A DNA stretch of 32,000 nt from an uncultured Actinomycetes bacterium (lineage in GTDB: Bacteria > Actinomycetota > Actinomycetes > S36-B12 > CAIYMF01). The DNA lies in the NCBI GenBank assembly GCA_963843975.1, contig CAWJMG010000003.1, positions 2,100,001-2,132,000 on the forward strand, read 5' to 3'. Every line of letters starts with the position of its first letter. The stretch's first letter is position 1. Positions 17,444 through 25,585 of the stretch are shown one piece after another. The notes beneath the pieces are model-generated. The model saw only the letters and a program-made list of their open reading frames with translations, was not told the DNA's origin and made no database searches. The position numbers were made by a program, and so were the translations under genes.

Positions 17444-17664
17444 TGGTGTCTCCATCTGTCGTTCGCGTGCTGCACGCGTGAGATGCGCAGCACGCAGGGG
17501 TTCGTGGCCGGGGAGGCCACGTGCAACGTGGGGTGCCGCGCCTCGCGGCGGGGGCGGTCGGCGCCTCGGCAGTGACAGATGCGGGCGCGCAGCAACCGCG
17601 CGGTCCGCGTCGATCACGACACGCTGGCCTTGCGGCCGGCGCACCCTCGCCGGGGAGCCTCATG

Positions 17665-17694
17665 AGTCTAGTCCGGGGGTGCGGGATCACCCAA
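17665..17694 (-). promoter_or_regulatory. candidate sigma-70-type promoter for rplY-pth
   Basis: On the minus strand: TTGGGT (17694-17689), an 18-nt spacer, then TAGACT (17670-17665). This is the only AT-containing patch in the long upstream region. There is no experimental support. Confidence 0.3.
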
Positions 17695-17721
17695 ACCGGC
17701 TGACGGACCACCCCGCTGAAG

Positions 17722-17905
17722 ACACGCGAGGCCCGAGGCGGCAAGCGGGCCCGCAGGGTCCGCGCAGCCACCGAGCGCGCGAAGCGCCCGGCCGAGCCGG
17801 CGCGCAGCGCCCAGAGAACACGCGAGGCCCGAGGCGGCGAGCGGGCCCGCAGGGTCCGCGCAGCCACCGAGCGCGCGAAGCGCCCGGCCGAGCCGCCGCG
17901 CAGCG
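17722..17905. repeat. tandem direct repeat, 2 copies, 96-nt period
   Basis: 17722-17809 and 17818-17905 differ at only 2 of about 88 positions (ACACGCGAGGCCCGAGGCGGC[A/G]AGCGGGCCCGCAGGGTCCGCGCAGCCACCGAGCGCGCGAAGCGCCCGGCCGAGCCG[G/C]CGCGCAGCG). The region is non-coding; all frames are Arg/Pro junk. Confidence 0.9.
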
Positions 17906-17906
17906 G

Positions 17907-18263
17907 CTAGACGAAGACGGCGACGACGATGTTGACGAGGGTCAGGGCGCCGGCGGCGGCCCAGTAGGGCTGCTGCTCCTCGGCGGGCTTGCGGCGGCCG
18001 AGCAGGACGGCGCCGAGGACGAACAGCGCGATCAGCAGCTTGATCCCGAACTTCCCGTTGTTGACCGGGTCCTCGTCGTCGAGCACTCCCGAGGACAGGA
18101 TCCCGACCAGCGCGATGCCCGTGACCACCTGGGTCAGGACGCCGTGCAGCATCGCGTTGTTGACGCCGCGGGGCTTGGCGCTCATCTGCACGAGGAAGCC
18201 TCCGAGGAGGCTCGCGAGGCCGATGAAGTGCAGGACGACCAGGATCTTGAACAGGATCTCCAC
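17907..18263 (-). CDS. small integral membrane protein (about 4 TM, 118 aa), function unknown
   Basis: The GTG at 18263 is in frame with ORF 17907..18818. It has four hydrophobic helices (ILFKILVVLHFIGLASLLGGFLV etc.). The upstream part of the ORF is Arg-rich junk. Confidence 0.65.
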   Translation of the reverse strand: MEILFKILVVLHFIGLASLLGGFLVQMSAKPRGVNNAMLHGVLTQVVTGIALVGILSSGVLDDEDPVNNGKFGIKLLIALFVLGAVLLGRRKPAEEQQPYWAAAGALTLVNIVVAVFV

Positions 18264-18316
18264 GTCCCGGAGGCTACCCCGTCCCGCACCGCTCACCTCC
18301 CACCTCGCCCGGGACG

Positions 18317-18357
18317 GACGAAGGCGCGTCCCCCGTCGTGGGTGACGCGCCTTCGTC
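18317..18357 (-). terminator. hairpin downstream of the MBL gene
   Basis: GACGAAGGCGCGTC..13 nt..GACGCGCCTTCGTC, a 14-bp stem. Confidence 0.5.
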
Positions 18358-18373
18358 GAGTACCGGGCAGGGG

Positions 18374-19000
18374 TCAGTGGCCCCGCGCGACCCAGGCGTC
18401 GTAGTCCGTCGCCTCGGCGCCGATCGTCGTCTCGTCGCCGTGGCCGGTCAGGACGCGCGTGCCGGCCGGAAGCGTGAGCAGTCGCTCGCGGATGGAGTCG
18501 AGGATCGTCGGGAAGCTGCTGAACGATCGGCCGGTTGCACCCGGCCCGCCGTGGAAGAGCGTGTCGCCCGACACGAGCACGTCGAGGTCGGGCGCATAGA
18601 GGCACACGCCACCCGGCGAGTGCCCCGGGGTGTGCAGCACCTGGATCGGCGTACCGGCCACCTCGAGGACGTCGCCGTCGGCGAGCGGCACGAACTCCAC
18701 GCCCGGGTGGACGACGCCCCACAGCATCGTGTCGTCCGGGTGCAGGCGGATCTCCGCACCCGTGGCCGCAGCGACGTCGGCCGCAGCCGTGATGTGGTCG
18801 TTGTGCCCGTGCGTGCACACGATCGCGACGACACGACGGCCGCCGATCTCGGAGATGATCGCGCCCGCATCGTGCGCGGCGTCGACCACGATCACCTCGG
18901 ACTCGTCGCCGAGGATCCAGACGTTGTTGTCGACGTCGAAGTCCTGGCCGTCGAGGCTGAAGACGCCGCTCGTGACGAGACGCTCGACCTGCGCGGTCAC
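18374..19000 (-). CDS. MBL-fold metallo-hydrolase (Rv2260-like partner of MscR)
   Basis: The GTG at 19000 overlaps the mscR TGA (GTGA). It has the HxHxDH motif CTHGHNDH, plus TPGHSPG and GHG motifs. Confidence 0.88.
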   Translation of the reverse strand: MTAQVERLVTSGVFSLDGQDFDVDNNVWILGDESEVIVVDAAHDAGAIISEIGGRRVVAIVCTHGHNDHITAAADVAAATGAEIRLHPDDTMLWGVVHPGVEFVPLADGDVLEVAGTPIQVLHTPGHSPGGVCLYAPDLDVLVSGDTLFHGGPGATGRSFSSFPTILDSIRERLLTLPAGTRVLTGHGDETTIGAEATDYDAWVARGH

Positions 19001-20089
19001 TGGCCCATCACCACGACGGAGCGCAGCACCTCGCCGTGGTGCATCTTCTCGAACGCGGCCTCGACGTCGCCGATGCCGATCTTCTCCGACACGAAGTCGC
19101 CCAGCGGGAGGCGGCCCTGCAGGTAGAGGTCGATGAGCATCGGGAAGTCGCGGCTCGGCAGGCAGTCGCCGTACCAGCTCGACTTGAGCGCGCCGCCGCG
19201 ACCGAAGAACTCGATGAGCGGGAAGCTCGATCTTCATCGACGGGTCGGGGACGCCGACCAGCACGACGGTGCCGGCGAGGTCGCGCGCGAAGAACGCCTG
19301 CTCGTACGTCTCCGGACGGCCGATCGCCTCGATGACGACGTCGGCGCCGAAGCCGCCGGTGGCCTCGCGGATCGCCTCGACCGCGTCGACGTTGCGGGAG
19401 TTGACCGTGTGCGTGGCGCCGAACTTCTTGGCGGTCTCGAGCTTCCGGTCGTCGATGTCGACGGCGACGATCGTGCGCGCACCCGCGAGCAGCGAGCCCG
19501 CGATGGCGGCGTCGCCCACGCCGCCGCAGCCGATGACGGCGACGGTGTCGCCGCGGCTGACGTTGCCGGTGTTGAGCGCGGCGCCGATGCCCGCCATGAC
19601 GCCGCAGCCGAGCAGGCCCGCGACCTCCGGCGGCGCGGCCGGGTCGACCTTGGTGCACTGGCCGGCGGCGACGAGCGTCATCTCGACGAACGCGCCGATA
19701 CCGAGCGCCGGCGACAGCTCGGTGCCGTCGAGCAGGGTCATCTTCTGCGTCGCGTTGAACGTCGAGAAGCAGTACTGCGGGCGGCCGCGCAGGCACGCGC
19801 GGCAGGAGCCGCAGACGGCACGCCAGTTGAGGATCACGTAGTCGCCGACGGCGAGGTCGGTGACGTCGGGCCCGACCGACTCGACGATGCCCGCGGCCTC
19901 GTGCCCGAGCAGGTACGGGAACTCGTCGTTGATCGCGCCCTCGCGGTAGTGCAGGTCGGTGTGGCAGACGCCGCACGCCTGGACCTTCACGCGCGCCTCG
20001 CCCGGGCCGGGATCCGGCACGACGATCGTCTCGAGGGTGACCGGCGCACCCTTGCTCCGCGCCACCACGCCCTGGACCTGTACCGCCAT
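18997..20089 (-). pseudogene. mscR: S-(hydroxymethyl)mycothiol dehydrogenase / nitrosomycothiol reductase (Zn-ADH class III), frame broken by a 1-nt insertion near 19219-19222
   Basis: The ATG at 20089 follows GGGAG. It has the motifs [16 protein letters not shown] and GCGGVGD and is co-linear with M. tuberculosis Rv2259 as I recall it. After ..SMKIELP the frame shifts. The correct C-terminus [49 protein letters not shown] is read in the -1 frame and ends at 18997. The total length of 1093 nt equals 3n+1. Confidence 0.85.
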
Positions 20090-20218
20090 CGTCCGCTCCC
20101 GCTGCTCGAGTGATCCGTACGTCGTACGCGCGTGGAGCGCCGTACGCCCCCCGGCCCGAGCGAACCTACCCGCCGCCCCGGCCGACCGCACCGCAACCCC
20201 TGCGGGCTGCGCGCCCCC

Positions 20219-20878
20219 TCAGACGAGGTGTCGGGCGGCGGCCCAGGTGGCGAGCTCGCGACGGTTGGAGAGCTGCAGCTTGCGCAGGACGGCCGACACG
20301 TGGGTCTCGACCGTCTTCACCGACAGCACGAGGTCGCGCGCGACCTCGCGGTAGGTGTAGCCGCGGGCGATCAGCCGCATGACCTCGCGCTCACGAGGGC
20401 TGAGCTGGTCGAGCCCCTCGGAGCCGGCCGGGTCGGGATCGCCGGAGGCGAACGCGTCGAGCACGAATCCCGCGAGCCGCGGCGAGAAGACCGCATCCCC
20501 GTCGGCCACACGGCGGATCGCGTCGACGAGGTCGTCGCCGGAGATGTTCTTCGTGACGTAGCCGCGGGCGCCGCCTCGCACCACACCGATCACGTCGTCA
20601 GCGGCGTCCGACACCGACAGCGCGAGGAACTTCACCGCGGGCAGCTCGGTGACGCACGAGTCGAGCACCGCGCGGCCACCGCCACCGGGAAGGTGGACGT
20701 CGAGGAGCACGACGTCCGGCCGGGTGCGCATCACGACAGCGATCGCCTCGTCGGCCGTGCCCGCCTCGCCCACGACGTCGACCCGGTCGCCCAGCTCCGC
20801 GCGGACGCCGGATCGGAACATCTGGTGGTCGTCGACGAGCACCACGCGCAGGGCCGCGGTGCCAGGGGTCTCGCTCAC
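20219..20878 (-). CDS. LuxR/NarL-family response regulator
   Basis: The GTG at 20878 overlaps the kinase TGA. It has a receiver domain (VVLVDDH, VVLLDVHLPGGGG) and the LuxR HTH LSPREREVMRLIARGYTYREVARDLVLSVKTVETHV. Confidence 0.92.
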   Translation of the reverse strand: MSETPGTAALRVVLVDDHQMFRSGVRAELGDRVDVVGEAGTADEAIAVVMRTRPDVVLLDVHLPGGGGRAVLDSCVTELPAVKFLALSVSDAADDVIGVVRGGARGYVTKNISGDDLVDAIRRVADGDAVFSPRLAGFVLDAFASGDPDPAGSEGLDQLSPREREVMRLIARGYTYREVARDLVLSVKTVETHVSAVLRKLQLSNRRELATWAAARHLV

Positions 20879-22320
20879 GGGGTGCTCCTTCGAGGGTCGT
20901 GCGGGCCGGCGGCGTACGCCGTGGATGCAGGGGCACCGGCCGCAGCCGGGCCGAGGGGCGGCACGGTCGGCGGGGGCAGGGCCGACAGGTCGAGCCCCGT
21001 GACCGGTGGCGGCGCGGCCGTTGCAGCGGTCTCGGGTGGCGCCGCGTCCGCCCCCGGGAGAGTCCGTGCGCCGAGCGACATCGGAAGCGTCAGGGTCACC
21101 TCGGCGCCCTCGCCCGGCGCCGAGCGGATCCGCGCGGAGCCGCCGACACGGGCCATGCGACCGACCACGGACTCGCGCAGGCCGAGGCGGTCGTCGGGCA
21201 CCTCGTCGGGGTCGAAGCCGGGGCCCCGGTCGCGCACGAACACCTCGACGACGTCGCGCCCGCACTCGACGTACACCGACACCTGACCGCCCGCGTGCTT
21301 GGCGGCGTTGACGACAGCCTCACGGGTCGCAGCCACGAGGGCGTCGACCCGGTCGTCGCGTGCGACGTCGCCCACGTGCACGACCTCGACGGCACAGGCG
21401 AACAAGCCCTCCACCTCCGCGACCTCGGACTCGAGCGCGCCCACCAGCGTCTGGGACGCATCGGCCGTCGGCGCGTACAGCCAGCGCCGCAGCGCGCGCT
21501 CCTCCGTGCGCGCGAGCCGCACGACCTCGTCCGGGTCGTGAGCCGCCCGTTGGATCAGCGTGAGCGTCTGCAGCACCGAGTCGTGCACCTGGGCGGCGAC
21601 CTCGGCCCGCTCCTCGCTGCGGATCCGCGCCCGCCGCTCGGCCGCGAGACCGCGCCACCAGGCGAGCGCGAACGGCAGCAGCACCAGCCCGATCCCGAAG
21701 AGCGCGAGGATCGCCGCGGCGAGGCCGCGCAGCGAGGCCCACAGGTCGCCCTGCGACGCGACGACGCCGAGCGCCCCCAGGACGACGAGAGCGATGCCGA
21801 GTCCGATGCGCGGGTAGTTGTTGCGGAGCGCGGTGCGCGTGGTCGCGCGGGCGCTGGCGTTCACGCCGGCCAGCAGCTCCGAGCGGCGGCTGTCGTCGGA
21901 CTGCCGCCAGAGCACGGCGACGCCGGCACCGGCGAGGACGAGAGGCACGACCCACGACGTCGTGACGTCGAAGCCTCGCGCCGCGAGGAACAGCACGACG
22001 CCGATCGCCAGCGCGGCGAGCCCGAGCACGCCGGCGAGGTCGCGGCCGTTCTCGTCCCTGTCCGCGAGCGTGCCGTCGTCCGCCTTCAGCGGCAGCCAGG
22101 CCCAGTAGGCGGCGTACAGCGCGACGCCGAAGCCCCCGAACAGGGTCAGCGCGACGAACGCGATGCGCACCCAGGTGACCTGCCAGCCGACGTGCTCGGC
22201 GAGGCCGGAGCAGACGCCGCCCAGCAGCCGGCCGCGGCGCAGCCGGGTGGCGCGCAGTCGCGGTCGCGGGCCCGGAGCCGCGGGCGCGGGCGGGGGCAGG
22301 GGTGTGCTCACGACATCCAT
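20875..22320 (-). CDS. PspC domain-containing sensor histidine kinase (HisKA_3/NarX-LiaS type)
   Basis: It has an N-terminal PspC motif (LLGGVCSGLAEHVGWQVTWVRIAFV), multiple TM segments, the H-box AAQVHDSVLQTL, an HATPase_c domain (NAAKHAGG.. GPGFD) and a Pro/Ala-rich tail. The start could be 22320 or 22368. Confidence 0.88.
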   Translation of the reverse strand: MDVVSTPLPPPAPAAPGPRPRLRATRLRRGRLLGGVCSGLAEHVGWQVTWVRIAFVALTLFGGFGVALYAAYWAWLPLKADDGTLADRDENGRDLAGVLGLAALAIGVVLFLAARGFDVTTSWVVPLVLAGAGVAVLWRQSDDSRRSELLAGVNASARATTRTALRNNYPRIGLGIALVVLGALGVVASQGDLWASLRGLAAAILALFGIGLVLLPFALAWWRGLAAERRARIRSEERAEVAAQVHDSVLQTLTLIQRAAHDPDEVVRLARTEERALRRWLYAPTADASQTLVGALESEVAEVEGLFACAVEVVHVGDVARDDRVDALVAATREAVVNAAKHAGGQVSVYVECGRDVVEVFVRDRGPGFDPDEVPDDRLGLRESVVGRMARVGGSARIRSAPGEGAEVTLTLPMSLGARTLPGADAAPPETAATAAPPPVTGLDLSALPPPTVPPLGPAAAGAPASTAYAAGPHDPRRSTP

Positions 22321-22444
22321 GATCCCCGTCCGGACCCTCCCGCACATCGGGGTCGCTCCCGCCAGCACGGCCCGGGAGGGTTCAGGGTGGTGTCAGGGGT
22401 GCTCCCCGATGCGGGGGAGCCGCAGACGGGAGGACGGTGGAGCC

Positions 22445-23515
22445 ATGACAGAGAACCAGCCCACCATCGCAGAGCCGGTCGACCCGACCGCCTCGGCCAC
22501 CGGAGCCACGGAGACCCCGGGCGCCGGGCAGCAGTCCAGCAGCGGCACGTCGTACGGCCCTCCCCCGCCGTACGCACCGCCGCCCTTCCCGCCCCAGAAG
22601 CCGGCGCTGCGTCGCAGCCGCTCGGACCGCGTCCTCACCGGCGTCTGCGGCGGCCTCGCGGAGAACCTCGGCATCGACGCGGTCCTCATCCGCATCCTCG
22701 TCGTGGTCGGCACCGTCTTCACCGGCGGCGCGCTGATCATCGCCTACGTCATCGCGTGGGCACTGATGCCCGACACCCCGCTCTACCCGGTCGCGGTCTA
22801 CGCGCAGCCCGGCGCCCCCGTGTCCTTCGCGGCCGGCGGCACCGGCACGTACGTCGACCCCGGCACAGGCGCGGTGTACGGCGCCCCCACCCCCGTGGCG
22901 CCGCAGCCGCGTACCGAGCCGCGCAGCTACCTCGGCCTCGCCGCGCTCTGCGCAGCGATCGTCATGGGCGGCCTGTTCGGGATCGTCACCGCCGCCGGCG
23001 GCTCGGTTCCCGGCGTCGTGGTCGCGGCCGCGATGCTCGGAGTCCTCGGCGTCGGCCTGCTGATCGGCGCATGGCGCGGACGCGCCCGCTGGCTGATCTT
23101 CCCGGCGCTGCTCATGCTGCTCATCACGCAGGGCGCAGCCGCGGTCGACACGTACAAGCCGGGCAACAGCGCCGGCGACCGCACCTGGGTGCCGACGACG
23201 GCGTCGGAGTCCTACGAGCTCGGCGCAGGCAGCGCGACGCTCGACCTGCGCCAGCTGCCCGCCGGCCCGGCCGACATCAGCGTGCAGATCGGTGCGGGCG
23301 AGCTGATCGTTCTGCTCCCGGCCGACACCGAGCTGCAGGCGGACGGTTCGATCGGCGCCGGCCAGTTCGACTTCCCGGGGCAGGACCCCCAGTCCGGCGT
23401 CGGCCTGTCGTTCACCCACAACTCCCCTGCCGAGAGCGGCAGCACCGTCACCACCGTCGACCTCAGCACTGAGATCGGCCTCGGAAGCATGGAGGTTCGT
23501 CGTGCGACGTCATGA
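22445..23515 (+). CDS. PspC domain membrane protein with a LiaF-like (toast-rack type) C-terminal domain
   Basis: The ATG at 22445 follows GGAGG. It has the PspC motif RVLTGVCGGLAENLGIDAVLIRILVVV, TM segments, and C-terminal repeated G.G.L.V.LP beta-strand patterns like LiaF/DUF2154. The C-terminal domain call is inference. Confidence 0.82.
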   Translation: MTENQPTIAEPVDPTASATGATETPGAGQQSSSGTSYGPPPPYAPPPFPPQKPALRRSRSDRVLTGVCGGLAENLGIDAVLIRILVVVGTVFTGGALIIAYVIAWALMPDTPLYPVAVYAQPGAPVSFAAGGTGTYVDPGTGAVYGAPTPVAPQPRTEPRSYLGLAALCAAIVMGGLFGIVTAAGGSVPGVVVAAAMLGVLGVGLLIGAWRGRARWLIFPALLMLLITQGAAAVDTYKPGNSAGDRTWVPTTASESYELGAGSATLDLRQLPAGPADISVQIGAGELIVLLPADTELQADGSIGAGQFDFPGQDPQSGVGLSFTHNSPAESGSTVTTVDLSTEIGLGSMEVRRATS

Positions 23516-23729
23516 CCTCGACTGGGTCTCGCTGATCGCGGGAGCCGTCTTCACCGGGCTCGCCCTCATCTACATCGTCACCGGCGTCGCCGACGTGACC
23601 CTCGACGGGCGCTTCGTCTGGCCGGTCGTGCTCGTGGCCCTCGGCGCTGCCGGCGTCGCGACCGCGGTCAAGGCCAACCAGCGGGAGGAGCAGCAGTTCC
23701 CCCTCGCCACGTCCGACGAGCAGGGCTGA
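23502..23729 (+). CDS. small membrane protein (75 aa, 2 TM)
   Basis: Its GTG start overlaps the end of the PspC gene by 14 nt. It has two hydrophobic helices and high GC3. Confidence 0.6.
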   Translation: MRRHDLDWVSLIAGAVFTGLALIYIVTGVADVTLDGRFVWPVVLVALGAAGVATAVKANQREEQQFPLATSDEQG

Positions 23730-23758
23730 CCCCTCCCCGCACGCTCGTCCGCTCGATC

Positions 23759-23789
23759 GCAGGGCCGCACCCACGAGGTGCGGCCCTGC
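23759..23789. terminator. hairpin between convergent genes
   Basis: GCAGGGCCGCACC-CACGA-GGTGCGGCCCTGC, a 13-bp perfect stem. Confidence 0.6.
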
Positions 23790-23795
23790 GCCGTG

Positions 23796-24449
23796 TCAGG
23801 ACTTGTCCTCGATCTCCCAGAGGTGGTCGAGGACGTGCCAGGCGGCGCGGCGCAGCGCGTAGCGCGCGGGCCAGGCGGCGTCGGGGTCGTCGGCGAGGTA
23901 CGCCGCCACCACCTGCGCTCGCATCGCGTCACGGATGACGCGGTCGTGCACGTCGAACGGCTTCTGGCTGACGCCGACCTTGCGGACGTAGGCGCGCTCG
24001 GCCTCGACGACGTGGCGTGCGACCTCCCTGGTGTCGCGCCCTCCGCCCTTCGGCCCCTTCGCGAGCTCCTCCGGCGCGGAGTCCTGCACCTCGTCGAAGA
24101 GCGCCCAGGCCGCCTCGATCAGGGCCACCTGCCGCTCGAGGTCGGCCCGGGCCCGGGTGCCCGAGGCCGGGGCGTCGACCTCGAGCCGCGCATCGGTCGC
24201 GCCGAAGTCGGTGGTGCTCGTGCCCGGCACCTGGCCCACCACCCGCAGGACCGCGGCGGCCGGCAGCACGACGCCCGCGCGTGCGGCCACCACGGCGTAC
24301 CGCGGGGCGTAGGACAGCAGCGCCTCGAGGGCCGCCTCGTCGCCGTCCCTGGTCTTCGCGCTGCGCGCCCAGCCCGGCCAGGCGGGGGCGATCGCGAAGG
24401 TGCGGGTCTTCCCGCGCTCGAGCCAGACATCCAGGTGCTGCACCGCCAT
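23796..24449 (-). CDS. hypothetical protein (217 aa; possible DinB-like helical C-terminal region)
   Basis: ATG at 24449 with high GC3. The C-terminal His-containing helices (ARHVVEAE, WHVLDHLWEIED) are reminiscent of the DinB superfamily. This is only a weak pattern match. Confidence 0.6.
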   Translation of the reverse strand: MAVQHLDVWLERGKTRTFAIAPAWPGWARSAKTRDGDEAALEALLSYAPRYAVVAARAGVVLPAAAVLRVVGQVPGTSTTDFGATDARLEVDAPASGTRARADLERQVALIEAAWALFDEVQDSAPEELAKGPKGGGRDTREVARHVVEAERAYVRKVGVSQKPFDVHDRVIRDAMRAQVVAAYLADDPDAAWPARYALRRAAWHVLDHLWEIEDKS

Positions 24450-24523
24450 GGGCCCACCCTGCACCGGGGGCCCGACGGGCGGCCAGGACTCGCCGGGAGC
24501 CGAGAGGCCACCTGAGGTGCACG

Positions 24524-24537
24524 TGGGAGCGCTCCCC
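24524..24537. promoter_or_regulatory. CelR/CebR-type operator upstream of the LacI-family gene
   Basis: TGGGAGCGCTCCCc matches the TGGGAGCGCTCCCA palindrome at 13 of 14 positions. It lies 16 nt upstream of the GTG at 24553. Confidence 0.7.
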
Positions 24538-24552
24538 TGGGATGATCTGGTC

Positions 24553-25581
24553 GTGACCGGCCGCATTCCGAACGCCCGCCCCACCCTCGAGATGGTGGCG
24601 GCTGCCGCCGGCGTATCGCGCGGTACGGCGAGCCGCGTGCTCTCGGGAGCGCCCAACGTCAGCCCCGCGGCCGTCGAGGCCGTGCACAAGGCGGCGTCCG
24701 ACCTGCGCTACCGGCCCAACCTGTCGGCCCGCTCGCTCGTCACCGGCCGCACCGGGCTCGTCGGGCTCGTCGTCAACGAGAGCAACGACCACCTCTTCAG
24801 CGACCCGTACTTCGCCGAGGTCGCGCGCGGGGCGCACGACGCCCTCTCGGAGGCCGACGTCGCGATGGTGCTCACCCTCGCCGGCGACGCCCGGGAGCGC
24901 GACCGCCTCATCGACCTCGCCGCCCTGCGTCTCGACGGCCTGCTCGTGATCCACGGCCACAGCGACGTCGAGCTCGTCCGCGGGATCGAGCGCGTCCACG
25001 TCCCCGCCGTCTTCTCCGGCCGCGTGCCGCTCACCGGGACGTCGCACACGTGGTACGTCGACGCGGACAACCGCGGGGGTGCACGCATGGCGACCGAGCA
25101 GCTCCTCGCCCGGGGCTGCAGCCTCATCGCGACCATCACCGGTCCGCGCGACATGGCGGCCGGGTACGACCGTCACCTCGGGTGGGTCGACGCCGTCACC
25201 ACGGCCGGCCGCACGGCGGACGACTCGCTCGTGGCGGTGGGCGACTTCAGCACCGACAGCGGCCGCGCCGCCATGACCGACCTGCTGGCGCGCGTGCCCG
25301 ACCTCGACGGCGTGTTCGTCGCCAACGACCTCATGGCGATCGGCGCGATGGCCGTCCTCGCAGAGCACGGCAGGTCGGTGCCCGGCGACGTCGCGGTGGT
25401 CGGCTTCGACGACGTCGAGGCTGCGCGCACGTCGTCCCCGCCGCTCACGACCGTGGCTCAGCCGATGGCCGACATCGGGCGCCGCATGGCCGAGCTCCTG
25501 CTCCTGCAGCTCGCCGACCCCGAGGCCGAGCGCGCCCACGAGGTCCTGCCGACGACCCTCGTCGTCCGCGACTCCGCCTGA
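24553..25581 (+). CDS. LacI family transcriptional regulator (CelR/CebR-like)
   Basis: The GTG start lies upstream of the HTH PTLEMVAAAAGVSRGTASRVLSG. It has a periplasmic-binding-protein-like sugar-binding core. Cognate palindromes are present at 24524 and 27250. Confidence 0.9.
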   Translation: MTGRIPNARPTLEMVAAAAGVSRGTASRVLSGAPNVSPAAVEAVHKAASDLRYRPNLSARSLVTGRTGLVGLVVNESNDHLFSDPYFAEVARGAHDALSEADVAMVLTLAGDARERDRLIDLAALRLDGLLVIHGHSDVELVRGIERVHVPAVFSGRVPLTGTSHTWYVDADNRGGARMATEQLLARGCSLIATITGPRDMAAGYDRHLGWVDAVTTAGRTADDSLVAVGDFSTDSGRAAMTDLLARVPDLDGVFVANDLMAIGAMAVLAEHGRSVPGDVAVVGFDDVEAARTSSPPLTTVAQPMADIGRRMAELLLLQLADPEAERAHEVLPTTLVVRDSA

Positions 25582-25585
25582 CCCC

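Noticed and set aside
17722-17905. The tandem repeat as a CRISPR array or as a coding repeat.
   Set aside because: There are only two directly adjacent 96-nt units with no unique spacers and no cas genes. All six frames give Arg/Pro-rich nonsense.
17456-17906. A tRNA or other known small RNA gene in the 450-nt gap upstream of rplY.
   Set aside because: I could find no T-loop (GGTTCGAATCC-like) or cloverleaf arrangement and no resemblance to 6C, tmRNA, SRP or RNase P motifs that I can recall.
18374-20191. The 605-aa ORF as a genuine bifunctional ADH-MBL fusion protein.
   Set aside because: The ~73-aa linker is junk. The authentic ADH C-terminus is readable one frame over and ends in a GTGA overlap with a normal MBL start. 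The fusion is a consequence of a single-base insertion.
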